A stretch of 64,000 bases of DNA from Dipteris shenzhenensis (lineage: Eukaryota). Position numbers and translations under genes: made by a program. Location: assembly GCA_047967505.1 (NCBI GenBank), contig CM106538.1, one strand, 5' to 3'. A model generated the notes under the pieces. That model did no database searches. It was not told the origin of the DNA and worked only from the letters and a program-made list of their open reading frames with translations. Positions 63,240-64,000 of the stretch are shown in pieces (positions within the stretch are counted from its first letter, which is position 1; each line of letters starts with the position of its first letter).

Positions 63240-64000
63240 GGTGTGCTTTGGCATACACCCACCATAAGAAAGGGATGTAAGTGCTCACTACCTACTCATA
63301 GGTTCCTATATGAGAACGATTCTCAAGTTTGAGGTCTAGATGAACACATGAGAATTATCTTAATTGTGAGCTATCTGCATTTCATACCATAAGAACCCTT
63401 GCCAGAAGTCAAAGACAAGATCCATCTTATGTGGGACATCAAGGAAAAGCAACCCAATTTACCCCTAGTTGTACATCAGGTCTACTCTTTGGAGAATTGC
63501 CACCCAAGAACACTAAACAATGAGCCCTTTGCTTAGATTCTTAGAATAGCCTTGCTTTGTAAAGAGTGCCCTTTTGATGGATCTAGACCTTATCCAATGC
63601 TAGCTGGCCCTAGGCTATTGCCAACACCCGGTCAGGGTACACTCCTACCCCCAATACAGAAATGATATTGAATATATCCGGCCTCTCTGTGGGGGCTCAC
63701 TTAGTGAGCATGTTTTCAGTAAGCAGAGACCCCAAAAGGTGCACTGCATTTATTATCATTGAAGATGCTAATTGAAGATGGGATACTAAGCGTCACATTA
63801 CTTGGTAGGAGTTGAAGTCCCCTCACTACTGATTTCTTACATTTTTCCAACTCCGATTGGGTAAGGTTTGCAAGAGTAGCCCTACACTCTAGGTCCATAG
63901 TTTTACACAGATATCAAGAATTTGAGGGGAGGATAAGGGAATTTGAGAGAGAAGTTCATTTTGTAGAGGGATAGTTAAAACTTTCAAAAGGCTTGAAGCT

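Overview
Land-plant nuclear DNA, probably a fern or other seed-free plant (inferred from the PLS-class PPR style and the TE content), dominated by transposable elements. 39-15079 is a Ty3/gypsy chromovirus (TSD AGCGA). A younger, intact copy of the same family (1186-8800, TSD GAAAG, 1542-aa gag-pol with chromodomain) sits inside its integrase. Both copies carry a 214-aa extra ORF upstream of gag that shows a purifying-selection signature. Next come a tandem duplication containing a hAT-type MITE with a tRNA-like cassette, copia remnants, and an L1-type LINE (21730-26494, 17-bp TSD) whose RT core is replaced by inverted foreign fragments. A DSK2/ubiquilin gene follows (six visible exons, 26693-28908; the UBL exon was not found). 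Further on are a 5-kb region bounded by ~310-bp inverted repeats, a decayed gypsy with a hAT MITE, and a decayed Helentron (Rep + Pif1 helicase + AP endonuclease) interrupted by an RT-deleted copia (45979-50266). The window ends with an intronless PLS-E PPR gene (53541-55784), a deleted chromovirus (57886-61034) and LINE remnants. All comparisons were made by eye; no database searches were run.
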